From positions 1 through 64,000 of the forward strand of contig NW_026857129.1 of NCBI RefSeq assembly GCF_026571515.1: DNA of 64,000 nucleotides. The letters run 5' to 3'. Origin of the DNA: Ruditapes philippinarum. Its lineage: Eukaryota. Both the position numbers and the translations under genes were made by a program. Each line of letters opens with the position of its first letter. Position 1 is the first letter of the stretch. The notes beneath the pieces are model-generated. The model saw nothing but the letters and a program-made list of their open reading frames with translations. It did not search any database and was not told the DNA's origin. Of this stretch, positions 1 to 14,368 are shown one piece after another.

Positions 1-1636
1 AAAAAAACTCTTCTATTCCAATATCAAATTCAAATTTACACATGTGGTGAGTCTGCGTTAGAAAACTGTTAACCAATACATGTATTAGGTCTATTGTTGC
101 AACGAATATTTGGATTACAATATCACTGCTAAACATGTAGCTCAAAGTGCAGTCGCGCTATTGGGTCTCCTTATAGGCAAAATTTAAAAATTCAGTGGGG
201 TTTGCATTTTAATGTTTATACGAAATTGTATTATACATGTGTTGTACCTGTATAACATATGGAGCTTCTATTTTGGGGTACAAAATCTATTATATAGTTG
301 TAAATTAATAGTATTCATAACAGAGCTATGAGGTATTTCCTAGGCACGGTAAATACACACCAAATGCTGCTGTATATGGTGAAACAGGTTGGAATCCAAT
401 TATTGTTGAGCAATGGAAAGCAGTGGGTTAACCACTGGCACAGAAACTCTTTGTCTTAGAGAAAGTAGAATGAATAAGAAAATTTTCAACTGGGCTTTTA
501 ACAAAAAGGGAAAAATTTGTAAAAAACTGGTGCTATATTGTTGAAAACTTTTTATTGTCATTCGGACTTGATGTTTATCAATGTGTTCATTTCCGTTTAA
601 TCGCAAAAGTATGGTTGATGATTTAACTAAAGCTTTGGTTGATGTTCATATCGCTCAGTGGACAGCGGATATTTCCAGGGAAAACAGTAGCAATGGTTCC
701 CCGGGAGAAATAAACTTCGTAATACCAGGCATTTTTCAAAAAGAGTATGTGACAGAGAAATATTGTGTCGTTTATTAATTCCTGTTTCTAACAGGTCAGC
801 TTTGTCTAAATTCCGTTGCGGAGTTGCACCTATCCGTCTTGAAACTGGTCGATATGAACACTTACCTGAACATGAAAGGATATTCACTTTGTCTAAATGG
901 TATTTGAAAATGAAATGCATGTAATAATGGAATTGTTCTATGTATGACAACTTCAGGAAACCATTGTTAGATTATGCCAACTATACTTGTGACTTATTTA
1001 CTACAATGTCAAAACATGAAAAAGTTTATGTACTTATTTGCCCCACCAGGACACTCATAGGATAAAATTGCTGTCGCAAAAAACCTGCTGTGAGATTCTC
1101 TTAAATATAGAAAACAACTTGATATATATAGTAAGAAATACTAATTAAATTTGTAACACCACCACTATTGTTTAACTATAAAATAGCACAACTCTAACAA
1201 GTTTTTAATGGTTTTATTTGTTAATACAAGTACAATTTAAAGATGTTTATAAGCTAACTGGAATTTATTATTTTAAAGAATTTTAATCATCTTGTAATTA
1301 GGATAAATACATCATAAGTACAAAATTTTAACTGTTTGATATGGGGTTTTAGTAATTAGTATTTTTACAAGCTTCATTTTTTACAATATATATAAATTTA
1401 TTTTTACAGGTACTCTGAAAAAAAAAAAACAAAAAAAAAAAAACAACAAAAACATTTTTTACTTTTAGCCACTTTTGTAACTTGATTTTAGTAGCAAGTA
1501 GATTTCTTTTATGTGTGAATGATTTTCTTGTCTCTTGTAATTCTTATATAGAATGGCTGTGTACATGTCTTATGATATTTTATGTTTGTAATATGTTATA
1601 TGTACATAGATGAGACCCAAATAAACAAATATATAT
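1..1636 (+). mobile_element. 3' fragment of a decayed CR1/L2-group LINE (ORF2 C-terminus + 3' UTR)
   Basis: Frameshifted remnants RYFLG..KYTPNAAVYGETGW and FRCGVAPIRLETGRYE match the LINE at 30537-36656; ends ...gatgagacccaaataaa. Confidence 0.82.
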
Positions 1637-2218
1637 AACATTTTAATTTCGACGAAAAGTCCTTATTCTAAAAAAAGGAAAATAGACACAAAATAGAATA
1701 ATGTGATAAACATTGTTGCAGGACAAAAGGGAAATTAAGTATATTAAAATCAAGACACAATGACCAATGATAACTGACCATTATATGACATGATTCGGGA
1801 AACGATTACTTTAGATAAGTTAGCAACAAACTTCCAGCGAAACCATTAAGATTAATTATTGTAACATCTTTTCTGTGACTGCATACAAAGTGTTTAAATT
1901 GTATTGCTTTGGAAAATTAGTTAAATGGCCACTATTATTTACAAATGATATGCCAGATAATGTTAATGATTTTAATGCTTTCATTTCAAGGATTTGGAGT
2001 TCATGAACATTTCAAAATACTTTCAAACCATTCCTTTGAGAAAAAAGGCGGATATAATATATTGACTTGCTTTTTGTCAGCAAGTAAAATCCAATTCAAA
2101 GGAGACATTACAACTTAATAATTCTGTCATAATCAGTTTTATTGTACTTTTGAAAATATTGATCAAAACATTCCTTGATCATTATAACCACATTGTACAT
2201 TCACCTCCCTTGTTCGCA

Positions 2219-2232
2219 CACACGCGTACGCG

Positions 2233-2278
<46 letters not shown>

Positions 2279-2306
2279 ACACACACAACACACACACACC
2301 ACACAC
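2219..2306. repeat. (CG)n/(CA)n microsatellite
   Basis: Seen directly. Confidence 0.95.
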
Positions 2307-2378
2307 GTTATGTTACCTCTAAAGTTTTAAATATAATTAAAATAATTAAAATAAATTCACATCTTTTCACCATTGTAG

Positions 2379-2482
2379 CTGTTGACGATTTAGTCAACGA
2401 AGAACATGAAGGGGAATTTGAAAACATCAGCTTTGAAAGGGCGACGGAGACTTCAGTACCAAAAGAATGGCTTTTCCAACTG
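2379..2482 (+). CDS. PARP14-like exon (phase 1-0), probable C-terminal half of an upstream RRM
   Basis: cattgtag|CT GTT GAC ... CAA CTG|gtaagc; encodes AVDDLVNEEHEGEFENISFERATETSVPKEWLFQL. Confidence 0.7.
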
Positions 2483-5400
2483 GTAAGCAATAAAATAGAT
2501 TCTTAATTTAGAACTCACCTTCATTTGACTATTCTTTCATATATATATTTGAAATATAACACATTAAAATACATAATTAGATTGTGTTTATTTATATGCG
2601 ATACTTTTTTGTATCATTTTCAGAATGATAACCTCGGTTTGGATGAATATGAGAGTCAACACGATGGTTCAAGAGCTGAAAAAAAGGCAGGTTGGTATCA
2701 AAATAAGAGGTACTGACTTTCCAAGTGAATTCACAATACAATCGGCTTATATGCCATTGAAAGTTAAAGTAAAATTAATAAACGATTAAATGAACGAGTT
2801 GTCTATTGCCTATTGGGTAAAACGGCAACATTTTTCAGTTAAATATTTAGGCGCTTTTAGAAAATTTACCCCCTTAACTGATTTACATTGCAGAATGTTT
2901 GAATATGTTTCCCATATTTTGAAGTATTCAATTTGTTAATATGGTCTTCGCAATATTCTATACGTACTAAGGACAATATACCCTGAAATAATCGGATCAT
3001 TTGATTTTCACAATATATTGTATATTATTGTCAGTGTATGTAAGTGTTTTTTCAAACACAACGGGAATTATTAATGACACTTATTTATTGGCAAGTTATG
3101 TACCGTTGGAATCTGTATTATACTGTATATTAATTATTGACAAATACTGTGAAACGAAATAGAGCAAGTTTTTCGGACGAAGTCCGTCTGTTATAAGTTT
3201 GACTTCCTGTAAAATAAAAAGGACAGAATATAAGACGAATTTTATTGGTCATTTTACAATCACAAACCGAAATTGGTGAATCTCTTTGGTCATTCTAAAA
3301 AAATATGTAAAGGACAATTCTAACAATTCTAAAATTAATGTAAAGGATAGTTCTTACCATTCTAAAATAAAATTTTATGGATAGATAGATAGATAGATTC
3401 TTTATTTCCTCCAGTTATGAAGAGCAGAACATACATTATATACAAAGATACATCATGTACAATAATTTCTTAACACTAATAAATTAGGTTAACAACAAGA
3501 GATATTATACAAAATAATACGGTGACTATTACAATATTACAAGCATATATATATATATTGTTATGTAAAGTTTTCAAGTTTATCCATTTAAAGAAAAACC
3601 AGTCTTTGTCCCGAAAACGAAAAAGACAAGAATGGTTGATGGATATTACCAACGGCACAAAATTTACTGTTGTTATAAGTCATTGCCACTCATATAATTT
3701 AAGAAACCAAACAGTCATGTCGAAATAAAAATAATACGTTAATGACCAATGCCTTAGGATGCATTTGATGTGATAATTAGATAGTAGCAAATTTCTTTTA
3801 CGAGCATGAGACAGAAAATTTTGTTATAAGTATGACCAAGAGTATATTAAAATAAAATTGGATTATTTATGATGAAATGTAAGGGATAGTTTTGCCACCA
3901 TAAAATAAAATGTAGAGCATATTTCTAAAATAAAATTTAAAGGAATGAGAATATTTGTTTTATTTTTAGTTAGATTTGTAAATGATTACATGGTTACAAA
4001 ATTTATAAATTCAAACGTAAAACAAGTAAAAGTGACAAATTAAATAGAAGTTGCTCTTCTTAAAAAAATCATCAATTTTATGTGTATCTTATTTCTTCAT
4101 AGTGAAAATGTTTGTAAATATTAGTTCATATTTCTTTCATGAGGCGAACGGTAATCAAATACTTTTTATCATCGTCGTGACTACAATATACAATGTATTA
4201 AACAGATATGTAAAATGACTGCATTAGAAATTTTTATCAACCCCAACTATGCTAATTCATAAGACAAGATAGATCTACTCGTATATACCCAAACCTGAAA
4301 CTTATCCTATGAATACTATTTTATCCTATGAATTACCTCCCTTGGTTTAAAAAAATAATTGGTAGAATTTTTTTAACTGACGTCATTTAAACTAAAGGGC
4401 AGCAATCCTTATGATTTGTACTAACCATTTTTCCACAGTTATTCCATTTATATGTAATAAACTTAAAATAGTATATATACTAAGTGATTGTTTGCTTTTC
4501 ACAGGTGCTTAAATGAATAATTTGTTAGATACAATATAATAAAGAGTTTATTTGAAATGTTTTAGATTTAGATCTCCATTTTATTGGAGGATGATATACC
4601 TAAAAATAAATGTTCGTGATTGATATTTTGACAATATCAAAATTAAAACATGTTTACTGTAATCTAAAAACTATTATGGTGTTTACTGAAAAATATATAT
4701 TTGCAGTTTTAAGTAGATGAACATCATCAATAGTCATTCTGAGAATGTATTAGTAAAATATACTTCATTATAAGTAGAATCTAAACATGTATAACGAATG
4801 AAGTATTTTTAGTCTTAGAATATGCATTTGTATACTTAATAAAACTAGTCATATTCAAGATAACATATGAGGATTGATCACAAAGTTCTTGGCCCGATGT
4901 ACTTTCGATAGTCAGAGAACCCAACTAATGGCATTAATTTTCAATATAATCGCCCTCTACATCAATGCACTTTGCCCACCTGTGCTCCAACTACTTTAAC
5001 CCTAAAAAAGTAGAACCCTCTATTTTGGTCTTCAAAGAACTCATTGACCGCCTCCATGATACCTTCATTGCTTCCAAAACGTCAACCACGAAGCTTGGTT
5101 TTTCAGTTTCGGAAAAGGGAAGAAGTCAGAGGGGGGGGGGGGCAAGTCCGGATAATATGAGTGATAGGGACGAATGTAAAAGTTGCAGTCAGTTGCAGCA
5201 GCCATCGCAATGTGTGGGATGTGTAAGCTGGCGCATTGTCGTGCAGGAGCAGAACGCCTTGAGTCAGTTTACCCCTTCCTTCTTTTACACGCGATTACTT
5301 GACGCAGACGTCTCATTTCGTCTGCATAATACGTACCGTTTATGGTACGACCTTGCTTAAGGAAATCAATCATGATTATCCCCTGACTATCCTAAAAAAA

Positions 5401-8400
5401 TGAAGCCATGATCTTCCCTGCTGATGGCACCCTCTTGAATTTCTTCGGTGGGGGTGCGCCAGGATGCTTCCACTGCATGCTTTTTTATTCTGGATAGAAG
5501 TGATGGACCCATGTTTCATCCTGAGTTACGATCCGGTAGATAAAGTCAGGTTCATCCTCGTAGCGAGACAAAAGATATCTTGAAATGTCAAGCCTGGTCC
5601 GTTTCTGATCGTCAGTCAACTATCTGAGGACTCATCTAGCGTAAACCTCTGACACGCCATAGACATCAGTCAGAATTGCCTGAACTGAACCAAAGCTTAT
5701 ACCCACTTTCCAAGCAACGCTTTGCAGGTCTCGCCTTCTGTCGCACATGACCAGATCGTGCACAGTTTCGGCAGTTTCATCGTTGGTGGCCTCATGTGGC
5801 CGCCCAGGCCGCTCATCATCTCCAATGCTCTCCCTGCCCTTCTTAAATTCACCAGCCAATTTTTTCACAGTGCTATAGGAGCGGGAATGGATTCCTTGGG
5901 TGACATCACTTTTCTTACAGAGGTACTTAATGACGGCTCTGATTTCAACTTTCTCAATTTGTTCTAAATGAAACACCCTTCTTCTGATCAAATTGTGTTT
6001 TATGTTACTTTATGTGAGTAAAACCGCGTGTAACTCGATCAGTAATCTTGAAAATCGGTATCGACGTATCGTGTGCAAATGTGAGTGAAGTGGCTTCAAG
6101 TAATTCGGGCCGAGAACTTTTTGATCATACCTCGTACACTACACTACACTTGAAGAAACTTATAAGTGTCTCAGTAGAAAATTGCAAATGTTTTTTAATA
6201 GTTTGAAAATTATATATACGAGTAATTACAAAAATGTACATTTGTGTATATAGATATATATAGGAATAAGAACAACTAGGCTGTTTATCATGCAACGGCC
6301 GTTTTCAGTTGGGAGACAGGTACGAGTTCTTTCCAGTGAACAGCTCAAATGTTCTTTTTTTTTAAGAGATAGCGCTTACTATGTATTAAATATTTTCCAA
6401 TCAATTAAATTTACATTATTTGAATCTTTTTGTCCGGCCGAAGGCCGCTCTGTTTTTCAGTTTCATTTTCTGTAAAATTTACAGGGAAAAACTGAATACA
6501 AGAAGAATTTTTATTGGTCATTTTAAAATAACATGAAATCTTGGAATCTCATTGGCCATTCTAAAGTAAAATGTAAAGAATAGTTCTTGTCATTCTAAAG
6601 TAGTTCTAAACGAAAATGTAAAAGGAAAATTTTAAAATAAAATGTACAAGATAGTTCTTTAACTTTCTAGTTAAATTACTCAGATATTTAGATTCTGTTT
6701 ACAATACATTTTATAGTGGGCAGCTTGTTTATTTTACGCAAGAACTTATGGATTTTATTTTACACAAGACTTGAGTTTTAAATTTCGTCCAATATAAGGA
6801 TAATAATATTGGAACTTATCAGGTACCCTTAGTTTATGATGTTCAGTAAGTGTCTTACATATTTTATGATTACTGATATGTTCAATTGATAAATGTTTAT
6901 AATTTTAATAAAGTTTTGCATATTATGTATTTATAGAAATAATTGCCTAACCGACCTCGCAAATGTTGGTGGAAAAAACTGAGTTTATTAGTTTGTTTAG
7001 AAACACACACATCTAAAAGTGTTCCAACTAACACATGCAAGTTAACCAGTTTTACTTCGGCCGAGTAATTTTTCTAGAGATATTTCTTGTTCCTAACCTT
7101 TGAGAAATGCAAACCTTCCCAGATGACCAAGACAGAAAATAGCAAAACCTGCTAAAACATGGGACGCCACAGCTTGTAAATTATTGTTCCCTTTTGATGA
7201 TATCAATTATTTATGGTAATGCGCTCATGTGAATGAACAGCATGTTCCACATAGCTCTACTTAAAAATAGTAAAAAATCTGTTTAAACCAAAACGCTACT
7301 ACATTATCTTAGACCCTCTTCTGTAATCGGACTATATGATCAATTAAAAGTGTATTTTTTAAACTCAGTTATAGTCAACTTCAAATAATAAATTATTTTA
7401 GATGTCTCAGGCACAAATGAAACACCGTTCACATTAAGAATACGAGGGCTGCCAGCAGATACAAATCAACAATACTTAGATTTGTATTTCAATGACGATG
7501 ACCTGTTCGGAGATTGTAAAATATGTAAAGTGTCCCTTGAAACAAACGAAACATCAGCTCTTATTTATCTAGAAAGCAAGGAAGGTAAGACAAATCTTAA
7601 ATATCGTTTATCATTGTGATTTGTTGTTAGCTGAATGAAATATTTGATTTAAATTTACAGTAAAAATACAATAATGAATCTAGATCATTTCACTGATGTT
7701 GTAGAGACAATAATAAGAAATGTGTAGAGTTTGCGCATCTCGTTGTATATCATGGTGACATTAAGTCCAACAGATACTGTAAAGTATGAAGGGCATCAAA
7801 CACATAAACTATCTTGGCACTTGTAGCAGCTAGCAAAGCAATCTTTGCTATTAGTTTTTCTTTCGTGGAGCAATCTTTGCTATTAGTTTTTTTTGTGGAT
7901 ATACAAGACTTAAATGGCTTGTTTTATAACTACTTCAGCATAGGGTGTCATCGTTAGTTATGATACACTCATTGAACTGAGAAGAAGTACAATAGATCCC
8001 CGCATTATTTACAAAAAAAACCCCAACAAAACAAACCATTTAAGGCCGGACATGGTGTATCTTAATGTTTCTGAAAATTAGAACATTAAACTGCTACAAA
8101 ATGGATGTGTTTGAATGATTGTTGGAAAAATATTTGGAGATAAGTTGACAGTACTAAACTATTTAGGTACGAAAATCCATATGATAGACATGAATAGAGA
8201 AATAAATAAAATAAAAATAAAAAATGAATATTTAAATAAATCTATTGTATGATATTGTCAATAAAATTTTAAGATGCTTCTTCAATCATCAGTTAATTTA
8301 TAGTTATTGTCATAGAGTACGCTATCAAAAAGTATAATAATTCTTAATCGTTTTTTGGATTTGCAAATCATTTAGCTAAATGTGTATCTGAATTATTGAG

Positions 8401-11400
8401 TATATTATGAGTTTTGGGTCAATTTAGATATTATTTTGTAACCCATATGTCAACTACATTGAGCGTTCTCATCACACTTTTGTTTGTATAAATATTCCTT
8501 TCAGAGATCGTTGATCTTTAACATTTAATAAAGAATTTCTATAGATTTAGAGAAAATCAAGGAAATGGCGCCACTAGATATGGACGGTACAATGGTGTCG
8601 GTTGAAGAGTATACAAGTGTTTGCAATGAAGAGCCAACATCCGTTCATCTGCACACCATTGAAGTCACAGGACCACCAAATTCCAGTATCATATCCGAAA
8701 GAAACAAATCACTTTTATCGATGTACTTCAAAAATTCGAGAAAATCGGAGGGAGGAAAGATTTCTGAAATAAAATTTGAGTCAAATAAGGCTTTAATTCA
8801 ATTCGAAACTGAAGAAGGTATTGTGAATAACTTAAGTACAAGTATAAGAAGAATGTTTCATAATTTTGAATCAAAGTAATTTTATTGCACATAAGTAGCA
8901 GAAAAGTATAAATGTAAATGGTTCCTTCTTTGTTTACATATACATCTGCATGTATGTATTGTTCAGTTTTATATAGAAAACCCCGCTAGATATTTTTCAA
9001 CCATGTCTGGATTGATTATCGTAATTAATTTTGAATGTTTTCAGTTGCTCAAAGAGTTGTTGAAAAAGAAAGCCATCGTTTAAGTGGTGTTGAATTGACG
9101 GTAAAATTGTACAACCCACCAATAGACAAAATCGTTGAAAGTGAGCACGAACAGACTTCAATAGTTTTATCAAATCTACCAGAATCGATTGACGCCCAGT
9201 ATATAGAACTCTTTTTTGACGATGAAGAAATATTTGGCGAAGGTTTAGAGGTATTGTTGGTAACATTTAATGACGATCATTCTTCTGCTATTGTGGAGTT
9301 TAAAGACAAAGACGGTAAGAATTCATTTAAGAATTTTTGCTTCACTTGTAACATTTTCCTTAACTTATAGTATCTTCACATAATATCTTATTTGCAAGGT
9401 TGCGTGAAATTATTTACCATTTTTGTTCCATTTAATGTATTTTTACGAAATAATTTTGTTTCGTTTCGTTGGGGTTTTAGACACTCTGACGCAGAAACGG
9501 ACTTTCCAGCTATACTGGAAGAGGATGATGAAAGGTGTTTTTTCCATGCTAGAGAGGGTACCTGACCACCTACCTTTCATAAGCTACCCGGATAACTTCC
9601 TCACATGATCGTGAATCAAAGTCCCTTGCGGGATTCGAACTCACAGTGGTGAGGGGCACGTGATTTGAAGTCACGACAAACTCGGCAAAGGACAGGTCTA
9701 AACGTAGAAAGACATGCCTGGTGTGTCAACTTAGACATGCTGCGTATGTTAATATGAAATTACCCTTGATGAAGTATTTTCCTATCTATGTTTAATTATG
9801 TACCCTTTGGTTTGTCAGTTTACAATTCACACAAACCTACTATTCTGTAAGAAATTTATGTACTTATTTGCCTTATTCAGCTACACATACCATTGCATAA
9901 TATCTAGAGTTGTTCAGGAAAATAAATCCATAATGATTTTAAAATTCCATTTTATTTAGTCCCGCCCCTTGTTTTTTCGTTTAGGGCACACGCATTGTTT
10001 TACTTGGGAATCATACGCCGTTTTTAATGGAATGTCACTTCCGTATCACTTTGAAGGTTCCATGATAACCGCCGTATAAAGTTATCTGCGGATGTTTCAA
10101 AATTCCAAATTTCACCATTTTATGTCAAATGTTGAATACTGCTTAAGCCGGTGATAGGAGGCGTGAACGCTAACTTGCACTTTACTATACCGTTCATGAA
10201 CAGCCCAATGAAACCGAGCCGGCAACATTTTCAATTTGTCGTTTTTTGCGTTCTTTGTGTTCTTTCAGGGTTATTTATTTCTCTTTATTTTATGTATTTT
10301 TACGCGTTGATTTTGGTGTTTTATATTCTACATTTCAAGTTTTGTTACTAAATGTATTCAACTTCAGTTGTAAGCAATATATCCTAAGCAAGGAATTATC
10401 TTTTTTAATTGTCAAAGCTGCAATAAAGGTACTGAATGGACCGTCTTTAAAAATGGAAGATCGTGAAATAAAAATACAAACCTATCTACCTGAAAAAGTG
10501 TGCAAGCCAATACGGAATGGTATAGAAGTTCATGGGCCACAACATATCGTCTCAGACACAAACATCAAAATGTTGAAAAAATATTTTGAAAGCCAGCGGT
10601 TTTCAGGTGGTAGTGAAATTATTGATTCTTCCATATGTCCTGGATTGGCATGTTTCACTTATGTGAGCGAAGAAGGTATTTATAATTGATCAAACAAGTG
10701 TTTATTTAAAATCTAAGTTGTATTGTTTGGAAATATTTACCAGAGACTGATTTAAGTTTCGAAATTTTTTTCGTTAGTTTTGGTAATTTATTACAATTAA
10801 TCTATGGATTGTAATGATAGTATATAGTTATGCATAATTACGACTCGATGTTCTTGTTGTAAGTAATGTTGGATTGCAATCGCGAAGTTGCAATTTCGAA
10901 TCCTCGATTAAGCATAAGTGAAGAAACAACATTTGTTTTGTTTCTGATGTCTTTTTCTTTATTTTTTATGTATTTGATGTATATAGGGTTTATACCTTCA
11001 AACTGGGAAGTTGCAAGTTCGAATGCTCGATTCGTTTCCGATGTCTAAACTATTTTGTTTTCAATAATATGCAGCATAAGTGGAAATAACAATCGTTTTA
11101 CTTCCTTGTAACTGAGGCTAGTGAGACAAGTGTTGTGGTTTTATCTTTTAAGTCATTTAAGTGTTGTAATTAAGGAAGTAACAACACTTTAGGGAAATTT
11201 TATATATGTTTATAATTATTATTCTTAAACAATTTTCAAACATCCAAGAATATGTTAAATATGTACTGCAAAATTTATTCGCATTATAAGTAATCAGTAA
11301 GATATATGCATTCATTTCTTACTGAAGAATTAGGTTTAGAATTTATCGAAAATAAATTTCTAATTACCTCCCTTTATCTACATGATATGTAAATTCGGCA

Positions 11401-14304
11401 ATAATTTTACAAATAATGCTCTTTAGAACTAATAATAACTAATAATAATGATAGATCTGCATTTGAACATCATATTTATGATATTAACCATAAACAAATG
11501 AGTTACAGGATCTTTCAGTTATGCATAAAGCATGCATACTGTTATGCCATATTGTAAATCCATATGATTTACTTCGAAGTCGGCTTAATACCGACAAAAG
11601 GCCATTGAACATTCAAATGTCTCAGGTCAATATTGCCAAACAAAAATACATTTGAAATGTTTAAAGTATTACTTTAGCTACTTTAATAATATGTTATTCG
11701 TAATGATAGTGTGAAAGCTGAAAGCATCTCGAATGAATTGTCATGTTTAAAAATATTACATGAATAAAAAACTATTGTTTACTGTTTAACAGTTGCCAGA
11801 AGAGTTGTAGATCGAAAACATACGTTTAAAAATCACCCACTTGACGTTAATTTGAGAGAAATGAATAAAGTTGACAAACAGGGTCTACATCCATCAGCAG
11901 ATAAGTCTCTCAACACAATAAATGTCCTAGGAATCCCAAAAGAAATTGACAAGGAGTACTTGATATATTTCTTTGAAAATCTAGATGATGACATAGAAGT
12001 GAAAGAATTATCACTTTGTGATAAAAGTAGAAGAGCTACTATTGAATTTTCAACTTTAAAAGGTATATCATTTTCAAAAATAAAAATGCTTTGCAACGAC
12101 ATAATTCTTTGTTGTATTGTGATGAAGTCTTCAAACTGGTACATGTGTAACTGTATGTGTGGTTATACCATTTACAATTAACTTTGACCCAAACAATTTG
12201 TTTCTCTATTGTCTACATATGTTTTCATCAATATTATTATAGTTATCTAATATCAAATTTATTTTCATCACATTGAATCGTTTTGTTTTATAAAATCGCT
12301 TATCAAATAATTAAAGAGTTTGTACTAATAAAAAAGTAATATTAAATAAAGTATCCCTTCAATCGCTTGTATATTGTTTTGCTAAAAATCTTGCGGCTTT
12401 TAATGAAACTTTTTACTTAAATGAATTTTTAACAATTCACATATCCTATCTAGCGGTACAAATAGTTATGGACAAAAAGCCTTTAAACATAAAAGGTACC
12501 GAATTGATAATTGAGCAATGGAAACCGATGAAAATGTGCACAATATCTGTACAAGGGCCAGATGATATTCAACAGTACATGGATAAACTGGAGCTTTATT
12601 TCAAAAACAGAAAATCGGGAGGAAACTCCAAAATAATTGACAGCTGGGTAGACATGGAAAAAGATGCAGCATTTTTCACTTACGAAGAAGAAGCCGGTAT
12701 ATGATTTAATTCAAATTTATTCTTACATTTTATTTCACTATTGTAAACTTTAACATCGGGGCCTGAGTTAACATTTGCTTAGTGGTTAAGGTCGCCAACT
12801 TAAAACCACTGTTGGTTTTAACCCCGTCAGAAAGTCGACATATGGCCTTTACAGTGTCGGTATATCATTGAAACAAAACCGAAAAAGAAATAATTCTTTT
12901 TATTTGATTTTAGTTATAAATACAAGATTGCATTTGAGAAAAATGCTATGCCACCGCATTAATACCTAAGCTCTAGGCCTTTTGGGCATTTACAAGAAGG
13001 TATTTTAAGTTTTTGAAGCCTTGTACCTTGTACCTACAGACAATAAGATGACCCCAGGGCTATAATTTGAACAATCTTGCTAGAGGTTCACTACACAATG
13101 TTTCATGCAAAATATCTAACCTCTAGCATTTGTCAATTGCTAGAAGAAATTTTTTTAAAGTTTTTATTATATACATATAACGAAAACCAATGACCCCCGG
13201 GGCAGGGCCGATTTTGACCCCAGGGCTATAATTTGAACAATCTGGGTAGAGGTCTACAACACAATGCCTTATGCTCTAGGCCTTTTGGGTCTTTACAAGT
13301 AGGTATTTAAAGTTTTTACTATATGTACATATAGTGAAAATCAATGACCCCCGGGCGGGGCCGATTTTGACCCTAGGGCTATATAATTTGAACAATCTTG
13401 GTAGAGGTCTACCAGGCAATGCCTTATGCAAAATATCTAAGCTCTAGGCTATTTGGGTCTTTACAATAAGGTATTTTAAGTTTTTACTATATGTACATAT
13501 AGTGAAAATCAATGACCCCGGGGCAGGGCCGATTTTGACCCCAGGGCTATAATTTGAACAATCTTGGTAGAGGTCTACCAGACAATGCCTTATGCAAAAT
13601 ATCTAAGCTCTAGGCCTTTTGGGTCTTTACAAGAAGATTTTTAAATTTATTCTTATAATTCCTTTTGGTTGCCATGGCAACCAGATTTCTGCATGGAATG
13701 AAATTCTTTGAACAACTTTGGAAGCCCTTCACCCAAGGATCAATCCTGCCAAGTTTGGTTGAAATTGGACTATTGGTTTTCACAAGAAGATTTTTTACGT
13801 TCACTATATAATCTATATAACAATGACCCGGGGCGGGGCCTATTTTGACCCCAGGGCTATAATTTGAACAATGTTGGTAGAGGTCTACCAGACAATGCCT
13901 TATGCAAAATATCTAAGCTCTAGGCTATTTGGGTCTTTACAATAAGGTATTTTAAGTTTTTACTATATGTACATATAGTGAAAATCAATGACCCCGGGGC
14001 GGGGCCAATTTTGACCCCAGGGCTATAATTTGAACAATCTTGGTAGAGGTCTACCAGAAAATAAATGCCATATGCAAAATATCTAAGCTCTATGCCTTTT
14101 GGATCTTTACAAGAAGATTTTTTAAATTTATTCTTATAATTCTTTTGGTTGCCATGGCAACCAAATTTCTGCATGGAATGAAATTCTTTGAACATCTTTG
14201 GAAGCTCTTCACCCAAGGATCAATCCTGCCAAGTTTGGTTGAAATTGGACTAGTGGTTTTTCACAAGAAGATTTTTAAGTTCACTATATAATCTATATAA
14301 CACA

Positions 14305-14368
<64 letters not shown>

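Noticed and set aside
2150-2378. His/Thr-rich N-terminus of ORF 2150..2506
   Set aside because: It is a translation of a (CA)n microsatellite; only 2379-2482 is exonic.
13040-14110. CRISPR-like regularly spaced repeats (also at 22.8, 41, 54-55 and 58-59 kb)
   Set aside because: Whole monomers repeat with no unique spacers; the context is a eukaryotic intron and there are no cas genes.
13610-14291. Short ORFs with VAMAT motifs (also 54194..54418 and other array ORFs)
   Set aside because: These are chance frames through the HINE palindrome gttgccatggcaac and satellite units.
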